From NCBI GenBank assembly GCA_964036045.1, contig OZ038379.1, positions 9,052,001-9,116,000 on the forward strand: a stretch of 64,000 bases of DNA, in the 5' to 3' direction. The notes below the pieces were generated by a model that saw only the letters and a program-made list of their open reading frames with translations, did no database searches and was not told the DNA's origin. Of this stretch, positions 37,024 to 47,578 are shown piece after piece. This DNA comes from Eutreptiella sp. 'Long Island Sound 2002'. Its lineage: Eukaryota > Protista > Euglenida. Both the position numbers and the translations under genes were made by a program. How positions within the stretch are numbered: the first letter of the stretch is position 1; each line of letters opens with the position of its first letter.

Positions 37024-37662
37024 GTCAGTGCATAGGACACGGATGGACTAGGCGACGTGCTCGGCAAATAAAGCAGACAAAAGCACATAGAACTAGCATG
37101 AATGCAATAGCCTGGCAAACGTTGTTGAACGCACAACAAATGAGTATAGGCCAACACACTTCATGCACAGACAACACAGTCAATGACACAGCAAGCAGAG
37201 TGAGAGGACAACAAGAATATGAAAGATGAGCTGTGGCATGCTGAGCAAGTTGCACATATTGGCAGGAAGACATCCCACATAACATACGATACAATATTTT
37301 GATTGGCGAAACATGGCAGAACACAACCCATGTGCACTAGCATGCAACAAGTCAAGGACAGCACAGTTAAAATGTAACTTAGATGCAACATGTTCACCAC
37401 TGGCATCGCGGGTCCGCCAGAAGTGCATGCAACAAAGTCAGTGCACACATGTCGCACATGCACAACGAAAGGCAGCAGCCATACGGCTATCTTGTGAGCT
37501 TTGTGAGTCATGCTAAATGTACGATTGAGTTCTTGCTGCAATCTTCTTGCGCCGAGGCTTGATGCACTGTGTCACTGCTCAATGGTAGCGGCTCTGATCC
37601 ATTCTGATGTTTGTAACTATCAGTTGCTGCTGTCCCTGTCGTCTGTATTGTTGTTCTGATCG

Positions 37663-38499
37663 TTATGCATCATATTCGTGCTTCTGCTGTGTTGGCCTGT
37701 GGCCGTCTGGAGTGGTCGCGAGCCTTTCGATATCGGAGGTGAAATCGGTGGAGGCGGCTAGCGTGACCGGCTGCGTCAGCATCCGTTTCCACAGAGGCTC
37801 TGAGGAGGCGGAGGTGCCTGCGAGTTCGGCCCGTTTGATTGCTATGCGAGATAGTATCCCGGGGCACGTGAGGGCGGACTTGTGCCGAGTGATCTCGGCG
37901 TTCCACTGCTGCGCGGAGAGGGGGCAGGGGGCGGGAAGGCGGGTGTCCCCCTGGGGGGTGATCTGGCATCGCAGGGGCTTCTTGTGGTGGGAAGAGTGCC
38001 AAGTGAGCAGCCAGTGGACGAGGGGGACGCGGTCAATGGGCCGTTTGGGCAGCTCGTCAGCTGCCAGGAGCATCAGGAACTGGTCTGGGGAGGCTGCTCG
38101 GAGGGCATCTGTGAAGGGGCCGACATGTGCGGCCGCGGCCTGCTGCAGCTGGTGGGGCGCGTCTGGTGGGGCGGCAGCCAAGTACGCGATCAGGTCGCTC
38201 ATCGCCGCCTGGTACGTACTCCAGTGGAAGTTAGCGTCCCTCTGCTGCAGCGTGCCAATGTCCAGCGGTGGCAGGGCTTCGACCGCGACCGCCCAGAACA
38301 GGCAGAGCGCCCCGAGCATGGCGTCGCAGGGGTGAAAGGCCTCCACGGGCGTAGCTGACTCATGGTGTGTGACCGTGAGCTGCAGCTTGCCAGAGGCCTC
38401 GCTCCAGCCTACAGCCGTCGCTGGCCAGGACTGCGCAGGGCGGATGTCGGCTGCGCGCTGGGCTGGGGATTTGCCGGCGAAGGGATGCTTGGGTGCCAT
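37663..38499 (-). CDS. LINE ORF-A (278 aa, unknown function; may extend to about 37400 past a stop or frameshift)
   Basis: ATG-initiated, GC-rich, protein-like ORF inside the TSD-bounded element; no domain recognised. Confidence 0.55.
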   Translation of the reverse strand: MAPKHPFAGKSPAQRAADIRPAQSWPATAVGWSEASGKLQLTVTHHESATPVEAFHPCDAMLGALCLFWAVAVEALPPLDIGTLQQRDANFHWSTYQAAMSDLIAYLAAAPPDAPHQLQQAAAAHVGPFTDALRAASPDQFLMLLAADELPKRPIDRVPLVHWLLTWHSSHHKKPLRCQITPQGDTRLPAPCPLSAQQWNAEITRHKSALTCPGILSRIAIKRAELAGTSASSEPLWKRMLTQPVTLAASTDFTSDIERLATTPDGHRPTQQKHEYDA

Positions 38500-39917
38500 G
38501 GTCCACCCGCGGAGAGTGCGAGGAGGGGTGCGGCTGGGACAGGGGAGGGTGTGGAACGAAATCTTAGGGTCAGGGCAGGAGCAAGGGAGCCAAGCAGGTG
38601 GGGCTAGGGGCGCAACGGAGAGGGGGCAGGCGAGTACTCGGGTTGCGGCGTTCGGTACAGGCCACTCGCGGACCGGGGGCGTGTGGTGCTGGCCTTAGGG
38701 GTGTGTCGTGGGACTGCGCTGCGCGCGCACAAAGGGCCGGGGCACAGGGCAGGAGGCACAAGCAGGAGGCACACAGGATGGTGGGGTTTGTAATTTGGGA
38801 GGAGGAGAGGAGGAATATGAGTTGCGGCGGTTCCGGGGCGTCCTGGCTGGGGGCGGACGCGGTGCTGACGGTGTCGCATGGAATTCCCGGGGCGGCCGGG
38901 AAGGACAGAATGGACGTTCTAGACGTGGTTGTCGACGTTGGTTGTAGTGGCGTCCCGGCTGTTCGTGTGGTCGTCGGGTGTGAACCAGGGTCCGCCACCA
39001 CCGGGCCCTGGCTGCTATTTGTGGAGGCGTGTGTGTGGGGGGGGGGGGGCGCGTGTGGGGGGTTGTGTGATGCCTGGTGCTCCAGGCCCCGGCAGGGAGG
39101 CCATGGGAGCCTGACGCTGAGCCCGCCGGGGGAGTGTTCGGTCTGGACACGCCGCCTCCCGGTTAGTGACATGCTGCCAGCGGCCCCACGACTGCATGAG
39201 GCACGGGGGCACGCTCCCTGGACGCACGACTGGGGGGTCCCACACCTCTTGACTGCCCTAGGCACAGGAGGTGTTGTCGTGGACTGGACCATCCGCCCAC
39301 GGCTCTGAGGGGCGGCAGGAGGAGGGGCTCCAGGGCGCGCTGAGCGCTGCCCTGCCCTGGAGCCTGCCCGGGCTCGGGGCCTGGGTGGTGGTGCTACTGC
39401 CCGCGTAAACGGGGGGGCCCCGAGGGCACACCACCCGAGTGACCGCTCCGTTACTCTGCGGGGGGGGTGGCACGGGCGCGCTCAGAAGGTGGGGGGGGGG
39501 TTGGCAAAATGGGCTTCCGTGCCGGGACGCTTTGTTATGTGGTTTTGGCAGTTTTGGTGCAAATTTTGCCGGCAACAAAGAGTGTCGTGGGCTGGCATGA
39601 TACCCCCGCCGATGGTTGAGCGGATAGTAGGCCTTTTTTTGTGAAAGGCCGGGGACCGGTAGCCTTGACATTCCACTCATTTCCAAGTGTATGAACCTCC
39701 TATAGGGGCAGCCATGGGAGACAAGGGAAAAGAAAAAACTGATGACCGGGGACTCCAGCAGTGATTCCAGCGAGGACACAAGCTCTGATTCCAGCGACTC
39801 ATCAGGGTCGGCTTCTGATTGAGACGCCAATCTCCAGGGTGCCATGGTTCGGCCTGGGTGGGGCGCTGCATGGCAGCCGGAACTGACCGGGGGTCATTGT
39901 ACCCTTAAACAAAAGTA

Positions 39918-40375
39918 CCCCCCCCCCCCTTGCGCATGTGGTTATGACCATGCGCCTGTGACACGGGGGCGTATGCGAACCCAGTTTCCGTTGCCTCATG
40001 GCCCCCTTGCGCATGCACGGCCTTGTCTAAGCACGGGGTGGGCGTTGAACCGCCGTTTTGAGGAAATTTTGGGAGCGCTGTTTTTGTGGTCCAGAATGAA
40101 GAATTGGGTGTCTGTAGAGCGTTTGTACAGGGAAAGAGGGGCTCATCCATGCCTGTGATGGTGCATTCTGTTCATAACAACATTGTACTGCACATTGCAA
40201 CCCCATGCTGCTTGTTCTGATGTGATTTTCAGCCATGGCTAACAATGTTATTCCCGGTCTGGCTGTCACATGTGTCACACGCATGCACGGCCTTGTCTAA
40301 GCACGGGGTGGGTGTTGAACTGCCGTTTTGGCGTGACTGCTGGGACCGCGGCCGTGCTTGCGCAAGGGGGGGGGG
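39918..40375. mobile_element. MITE with C12-TTGCGCA terminal inverted repeats and TA target duplication
   Basis: gTA|CCCCCCCCCCCCTTGCGCA ... TGCGCAAGGGGGGGGGG|TAc, with an internal duplicated gcacggccttgtctaagcacgggg. Confidence 0.75.
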
Positions 40376-42027
40376 TACCACCCCCATTGGCACAAACCCC
40401 AAAAAACATGCTTCTGAGCCATCGACACACCACCCAAAAGTATCAGGAAGTACAAGGAACCCCCACTGTCCCCCGTTGTGAGCCTAGAAATCGTCCCGGC
40501 ACGGCGACCAAGGAGGGGGGGGGGGGTTGGGAAAATGGGCTTCCGTGCCATCTCCCCCCCGCAAACCAATTTTCTTCCCACCTTGTGCGAAGCCCAAGTC
40601 CAGCGACACAAAAGCTGACTTGATCTACAAATGTGCATTCTGCAACTAGGCCCACTTGTGGGCCACTGCTGATTTTGCCACACGCTGTGAAGCGTTGGGG
40701 ACCCCCAAGACGGCAGGGGTTTCTGTAGCCACCAGGCCCACGCCATGAAAGCTTCCCAGAAAGTGATTCTGTGCTGAAACTAAAATGCAGTTGGTAGGCA
40801 GGTTGCCTTGTCTCCAAGGTTTGTAGGTTCCGTTCCATTAGTTGTGTTTTTAGGCACCATGCCTACGCCGTGCCCTAAGATACAGCATATGTACCATTTT
40901 GATATGGGACCTATTCGTATCTCAGACGGCGGGGCGTGTTCATCCCAGTAGCGGATGTTGTTCACCACTTGCTGGGCTCATGTGCCAATAGCCACTGTTC
41001 AACTGCTTGTCAAAGCCATTTTAGTGTCACAACACAGAAAGCAAGACTGAAATGTTTACGCGCATGTAACCATTGCAATCTGTTGTAGAATTCAACTGGT
41101 AGCGCTGTGCTCATTGTGGATCCACAACACCCTACAACTGGGAGGTACCCCATCCTTCTTTGTCCAAGATCCGGCATGTCCAACATACACGAGGTGCATG
41201 GCCATCCGCCACGATTTTCAAATGTATTTGCTTATGCTGCATGCATTTTTAGAGATTTGCTGGTGACAGAAGTTCTTTGTGGCTATATTTCTGCAGTTCT
41301 GCTTCTGCCTCATTAAAAATGTTGTGCAGTCATGTTGTGGGTTTTGAAAACATTACACATGCTGTGACTCACAGTTGCAATTACTTTTACTTATGTTTCA
41401 ACCACTGAGCGTCTCCCTAAGATGCATGGGGTTGTAATTCCCGCGTTACTTGGGGACCTGGACATATGTTAGACAGGGGGGGGGGGGGTTACATTTGTAT
41501 GACCGTACTGCCGGCTGTACCATGGGACCTGATAATCTATGACTAGAACCATTCTTGCTGGTTGATTGCTGCTGACTGTACAGTGGGCAATGGGCGATCA
41601 GTGGCCTGCACAACCCCATGGGATCGGTCCAACAAGCAAGTTTGAGCTGGTCCAGAGGGACTCTGTAGGTGACAGTGGCATAGTGTGGTGCACACACAGT
41701 GCATTACGCGGTGCGGTTGGGTGGTTTTTGTATTGGATTCTGCAGTACTGGGTTTGGCATGGTGTGGCACACGACGCAGGATTACACGGTGCCTAGTATC
41801 CCCCCTCAGTACACTATCGGGCGCCTTTCCATGCCATACCCCAGTGTCTGCCAGGTGCTGAACACGAAGCATTTTGTTGGAGACAGTCTAGGGTTGATGC
41901 CAGGCCGCGTTGCAGTGTGATTAAGATGAACGTGTGCGTATCCTGTCTTCATAGGGCAAGTATTCAAGACTCTTGAGTTTGTCAAGAGCTTTTCTTCTTT
42001 TTGTGGCCTTCAATTGTGTTTCGCTTG

Positions 42028-43536
42028 ATGTCCTCCCATTTGCTGAAGTCCAGTGCAGACATGGGCAACACCATGAAGGATGCGGCGTCAAACATTCTGA
42101 GCGTCGGTGCCAGTGGCCCATTGGAAGGCAGCAAGCATTCGGTGAAGTCTGTGGCCGACATGGGCAAAGCAAGGGAGGATGGAGCATCACTCTTGCACCT
42201 CGCCAGTGAGAACGGGCATTTGGAGATTGTGAAATCTCTAGTGGAGTCTGGGGCAGACAGAAACAAAACCGTGGAGGATGGTGCGTCCCCCGTGTTCCTT
42301 GCAAGCATGAATGGTCATCTTGACGTAGTGAAGTACTTGGTGGAGACCGGGGCCGACAAGGAGAAAGCAAAGGTGGGCGGTGTATCGCCTCTCTTCGTCG
42401 CCAGCCAGAACGGCCATGCCGAAGTCGTGAAGTTTCTGGTGGATGCGGGGGCCGACAAGGAGCAAGCGATGGAAGGGGGCTCATCCCCTTTGTTCATCGC
42501 CTGCCAGAATGGTCGTCTGGATGTCGTGATGTGTTTGGTGGAGAGTGGCGCGGATACAGAGAAAGCAACGGAGTTCGGTGCGTCGCCTTTGGTCACCGCA
42601 AGCGCGTTTGGGCATCTGGAAGTGGTGAAGTATTTGGTGCGGTCCGGGGCAGATATGGAGGCCACGGATTGCCATGGGGCGTCGCCTTTGATCATCGCCA
42701 GCGCGTTCGGCCACCTCGACGTCGTGAAATACCTGGTGGAGGCCGGGGCGGACAAGGAAAAGGCCATGCGCGGGGGCGTGTCGCCCCTGTTCTACGCCAG
42801 CGAGAACGGCCACCTGAACGTCGTCGAGTATTTGGTGGAGTCCGGGGCCGACAAAGACGGCGCCGACGAGTACGGGGCGTCGCCGCTGTACATCGCGAGC
42901 TGGCACGGCCGCCTGGGGGTCGTGAAGTACCTGCTGGAGTGCGGGGCCAACAAGGAGACCGCGGACGCGGAGGGGGCGGCCCCCGTGGCCATGGCGAGCA
43001 GGAACGGCCACCTGGACGTCGTGAAGTATTTGGTGGGCGAGGCCGGCCGCTGCCCCCCTCCGTCGCCCGCTCTATTGCGAGACCTTTGCAGTGAGGCCCC
43101 CGCGGACGTAGCGGCGTGGCTGCACTCCGTGGCGGGCTGGGGGCCGCTGCATTTCGCATGCGAGGCCGATTGCCGGCCGGTGATCCAGCGACTGCTGCGC
43201 TCCGGGGCCTCCCCTTTGACGGAGGCCGGCGGTGTGACGCCGGTCATGCTCGGGTCCGCCGCCACCCGGCGGTTCGTCGCGGATGCGGTGGTCTGGACCC
43301 CCGAAGGGAACCCGCTCTTCCCCCCGGCCGTGCAGGACGTGGTGCGCACGGCCATGCTCCTCTACGCGCGGTGCGGGGGCTGCGAAGGCTGCGGGCGCTG
43401 TGGGTTGATCGCCACCCTCCCCCAAGAAGTGCTGCTGCTGGCCCTCGGCTTTCTGCCTCGAGAACTGCCCACGCGCCCGTGCGGGCACCCAACCCCCCGG
43501 CCCCTGCCCCCAGCAAAACGGCGAAGGCTGTGTTAA
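42028..43536 (+). CDS. Ankyrin-repeat protein (9 canonical plus 1 degenerate repeat) with C-terminal F-box-like motif and NLS; 5' end uncertain
   Basis: Repeats of G(A/V)SPLxxAxxxGHLxVVKYLVExGADKE. The C-terminus reads WTPEGNPLFPPAVQDVVRTAMLL...LPQEVLLLALGFLP...PPAKRRRLC*. An upstream exon is possible because the ORF starts mid-repeat after a pyrimidine tract. Confidence 0.88.
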   Translation: MSSHLLKSSADMGNTMKDAASNILSVGASGPLEGSKHSVKSVADMGKAREDGASLLHLASENGHLEIVKSLVESGADRNKTVEDGASPVFLASMNGHLDVVKYLVETGADKEKAKVGGVSPLFVASQNGHAEVVKFLVDAGADKEQAMEGGSSPLFIACQNGRLDVVMCLVESGADTEKATEFGASPLVTASAFGHLEVVKYLVRSGADMEATDCHGASPLIIASAFGHLDVVKYLVEAGADKEKAMRGGVSPLFYASENGHLNVVEYLVESGADKDGADEYGASPLYIASWHGRLGVVKYLLECGANKETADAEGAAPVAMASRNGHLDVVKYLVGEAGRCPPPSPALLRDLCSEAPADVAAWLHSVAGWGPLHFACEADCRPVIQRLLRSGASPLTEAGGVTPVMLGSAATRRFVADAVVWTPEGNPLFPPAVQDVVRTAMLLYARCGGCEGCGRCGLIATLPQEVLLLALGFLPRELPTRPCGHPTPRPLPPAKRRRLC

Positions 43537-45423
43537 CCGCTCTTTGAGCATGGTGTCCAGCCGCCCCCCCCCCCCCCCCCAAAAACCTGCAATTTTCAGA
43601 GTTCCGACAGCGACAAAGACGGGGCAGAACGAGTGGAGTTTGAAATATTGCACGGTGTTGATGATCCCTTCGAAAGGGTCGATTGGAGCGTTTTTGGCTC
43701 GTTTTCTGCGCATCAAAACGCACCCCAAAGTGATGAAACCCACGGTTTCGGTGCGTTGGGGTCGTTCTCATTCATGAACCGGACGGCACAGGCCAGAAAC
43801 CAGGACTGCAGCCCCCCCAGTTGTATCCCTCTTGCTCTTCTGTGGTCCAAACTGTGACATCACTTGTGCCGCTTATCCTCGTGCCCCTCTTTGCCCTGCT
43901 TCCTCCCCGCTTTTGCCCTTCTGTTGGCCGTTTGGTGAAGTTCAGCCGCGACTGATCCGGGGTCATGCTGCACAGATGTCCAGCGAAAATTGCCCACGGA
44001 AGGGCCGCGGAGTGCGTCAGATAGCCAGCAGTCCATGGCCACCCACATGCAAAGCTGTAGATCCGAGCGCCACTTCTATGGCGGTAGTTGCAAACATGAG
44101 CGTCACAATGCCCGACCCCCCAGTGCCACTTTCTCATGGGTTGGGGACAGACTCTGGCTCCGGGGGTTTTCTTATCTTTGATAGGATTACCTCAGCTGAT
44201 GTGCCTCTGTACATAGACATTTTATTTTCTCCTCGTGATCTCCATATCGATGCTAAAGTACTGGATATCAGCATGAGGACTGCAGTGCTCGCACGCGACA
44301 GCACAGTCCCATCCTGCATGTTGTCCTTGTCCAGTGTCAGTGCTCCTGGCTTCCCTTCCAGAGCCAGTGCTAACATACGTGGTGGCGAGTTTAGCACCTG
44401 TCGCTCATAAAGCCGTACCATTGTGCTGTGGGCCCTATCACCCGGCTCCAAGCTACCATTGCCTTTTCAAACTGCTGCAGTAAAGGCCCGCGTTTTTTGT
44501 ATCAGGAGACGGCCTTACGGCGCAGCAGATGCTTTCTGCATTACATGGCTTCGGACGCACTGCCCCGAACACAGTCCGAGCTTGGTCACACGACTCTGTG
44601 GTGCGACCACTGTATCAACTCTCCCCAAAGTTGTCCTTCCCGAGTTTCTCTGGAGAGCTGGCCAGGCACCGGCAGGCCAGAAGCAAAAAAACACTGTCGA
44701 CTGACTCGACAGATGCCCCCTCATATATGCGTTGGTGTAAATATCGGGGCTGGAAGTTCATCTTCGCGTACATCTGTGCCTGAGTGCTGATGGCATCTTG
44801 GCGGTTTGCTAGAAAGCTCCAGAATCCCCATGCATTTGTGTTGCACACCGCTGTCCCCTCTCGTCTCTTTTTCATTGTGCTCCGCATGACAGCTCCCACT
44901 GCACTTTGGTGTTGGCATCTAGTTCATCCTTACTACGTGTGCCACAACACTTGTTTGTGGGACAATCGTCGCACTTGGCAACTCTGTTCCTAGTTTCCGA
45001 GTGTTTCTCAAGTGCCATGTACCACGCAGTCTGATCCCTGGCCTGAACAACTCCCCTCCCCCCCCAAAAAGGGGCCCTTATACTTGTAGGATTTGGTTGT
45101 CTTCGGGACCAGTATTGAAAACAAGAACCTTAATATTCATGTCTGAAGCACAAGAGACTATCGCATCGTATCGCATCAGTTCCATGTCCCCAGTTCATTG
45201 TATGACTCCAATGAAACCCAACAACACATGCACCCCAGCATTCTCAGCGAGATCATAGGAGATTATAAATGCAGCCACTCCACTGCACCCACACCCCAAC
45301 TGCCTGCTCCCTGCTGACCCATACTGGTTTCCCTCCTTAAAATGAATTCCTTTGCATTTAGAGTGTATCGGACCTCAATCGGCTTGCGCCCTCCCTAATA
45401 TAATGCTCCGGTGCATCAACCTG

Positions 45424-45530
45424 CACGCACACACACACGCACACGCACACGCACACGCACACACACACACACACGCACACACACGCACACACACACGCAC
45501 ACACACACGCACACGCACACGCACACGCAC
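45424..45530. repeat. (CA)n/(CACG)n microsatellite; a second (CA)n lies at about 45696-45717
   Basis: Directly visible. Confidence 0.95.
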
Positions 45531-45802
45531 CCATATGACCCGTATGAGCACTCACCCCACTGACCCACGCTCGTGTCCCTCCATAACATCGGTGTTTTCT
45601 TCACACGCGCACACACCGAGACATACATACACCCACCCACACACCACAGACGGTTGCTGCCAAGTCTGTGCGTGCGCAGCCTCAGGGGTTGAACCACACA
45701 CACACACACACACACACATGAAAGGGCTGCAGCAAGCTATCGCAGACAGCATGCACAATGAGAACTGAGGGAGCAAAGACATGCCCTGCGGAGGGGCACG
45801 TA

Positions 45803-46497
45803 CACGGGGGGGGCGACTCCGCGGGTCCTAGGACGCCAACTACCCCTGCCCCCCCCCCCCCCCCCTAGGGGCCTTCGGCCAACAGTTAGTTGCCAAAGGT
45901 GTCGCCCTCAGGCGTCCATGGGCGCCTAAGGCGCCCGATGCTCCATGAACACCAAAGGTGCCCTAAGGAAAATTTTGTCCAATTTGCACCCCAACACTAT
46001 CCTTAAACCCAACCTTGACTCTAACACCCACCCCTAGCCCTCAGCCTACTCCTATCCCTACACCTCACCCTACCCCTAACCCTAGCCCTAACCCTAGCCC
46101 TGGCACTCACCCTAGGCTAGGGTCAGAGTGAGTGTTGGGGTCCAAAATGGAGAGCAATGATGTGGCAAAAGTAGCCATGAACGAAATTGGGGGGATCTTG
46201 TTCAGCCCAATCAACATGGCTGGCATGGCCAAACCAACTGGCTGCAAAGGTTAGGGTTAGGTTTATGGTGATGCTATGGTTAGAGGGAGGGCAAGGGGAG
46301 GTAAGGGGAGCCTGTGCCCCCCCCCCCCCCAAACACCCCGAATCGCCCCACCTGGACCCCCCCCCAACCGACCCTCCCAGAGCCCCCCCCCCCCCTCCAA
46401 TGCCCCCCCCCCCCTCCCCCCCCCCCCAGGGGGCCTCCGGCCAACAGTTAGTTGGGGGGGTAGTTGGCGTCCAGAACCGAGGGGTCGCCCCCCCCGG
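45803..46497. mobile_element. Mutator-type MITE (695 bp) with 9-bp TSD and about 44-bp imperfect TIRs
   Basis: GGGCACGTA occurs at 45794-45802 and 46498-46506. The TIR core ggacgccaactacccc / ggggtagttggcgtcc matches 16/16, and the interior carries telomere-like repeats. Confidence 0.8.
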
Positions 46498-46849
46498 GGG
46501 CACGTAGCATTCCACACACACAGACCTTTGGAAGTTCGGCCATTGTACATACTATGGCCTCTAAGCAGCATGGACAGACCTGCAGAGGGTGCTAGATTCC
46601 GTGGCGCTTGCGTCGACCTGTCTGTATCCATGGCAGCATAGTTTTTGCCTAGTCTTGTTGTGCCCACGTTCCGCCGGCCACTTTCATTCCCTTTTTCCCG
46701 AGTCGAGTCCTCTGCCTGTCCACCACTGTCTGCATGTGCGCATGGGGCCGGACCCGAGGGTGCAGTAGTCCACATGGAGGACCCACGGTGACTGACTGCT
46801 TCTTGTGGGAGAACCTTGCTGCAGGAACGGTGAGTACGTCACTGCGACC

Positions 46850-47578
46850 ATCCCCCCCCCCCCCCTTTGCACGAGCACTGCCTTGTCTAAGCACCAGGAC
46901 CTGGTCTGACCGTCGTTTTTCTGGTTTTTCTGACCATGGTTTTCATGGCCAGAAACTTAGCAGAATGTGATAGTGCGCCGATTGTAGAGGGAAAGAGGGG
47001 GGTCCTCCTGCTCATGACAACTTTTGCTTGGTACTGCAACCCACTGCTGTTTGTTTTGATGTGATTTTCAGCCATGACTAATGTCGTTCCTCCTGGCTTG
47101 GCTCAAGTTGAGCCAATTGGAGGATGTTGATTTCCCGGAGCACCACGCGGCAACTGCAACGCCCGACTCTGATTCTGATTCTGATCATGACAGTGGCACT
47201 GATTCTGACTCAGAGCTCCTCACGTTGGACGATTTGCCTGCACATTGTGTTCTAGTGCCCTGTTACGACAATTGTGCTTAGGGTGAGGTATGGGCAGGTT
47301 TTCGGTGACATACGTTCTTTTGGTACCGTGTGTCGCGCGCAAGCACTGCCTTGTCCAAGCACCGGGACCCGGTCTGACCGTCGTTCTCCTGACTTTTAAC
47401 GTGCTTGCCCAAGGGGGGGGGTTTGGCACGCGGCCATGGTGTTGGTTTGTTTGCCTTTGGCGGCGCCTATTGGCCTCTCGCCACTGCACATCCCAACCCA
47501 CTGTGGGTCTGAACGTGTTCTGGTTGTGTCAACGGAGCCCCTGGATGACTTGTCCTGTTGCGCAAGGGAGGGGGGGGT
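46850..47578. mobile_element. Second, more diverged copy of the C-run-TTGCGCA MITE family
   Basis: Ends are C-run-tttgca and tgcgcaagggaggggggg|TA. It shares gcactgccttgtctaagcac (twice) and gatgtgattttcagccatg with 39918-40375. Confidence 0.7.

Larger units (their letters stand above)
30122..39453 (-). mobile_element. Full-length non-LTR retrotransposon (LINE), about 9.3 kb, three ORFs
   Basis: A 13-bp direct repeat CTCTGCGGGGGGG at 30109-30121 and 39454-39466 forms the TSD. The 3' tail is (CCAAA)3, and APE, RT, RNase H and CCHC motifs occur in order. Confidence 0.9.

Noticed and set aside
39373-39453. Canonical HDV-like ribozyme or 2A peptide as in ingi/L1Tc
   Set aside because: The P1' and J4/2 geometry does not fit, and no DxExNPGP motif was seen in the element ORFs. 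It is retained only as a generic structure finding.
40902-40913. Possible right TIR of the hAT element (atatgggaccta)
   Set aside because: The short match needs an indel and has no 8-bp TSD.
46005-46285. True telomere or chromosome-fusion site
   Set aside because: The repeats are short, degenerate and enclosed within a TSD-bounded MITE.
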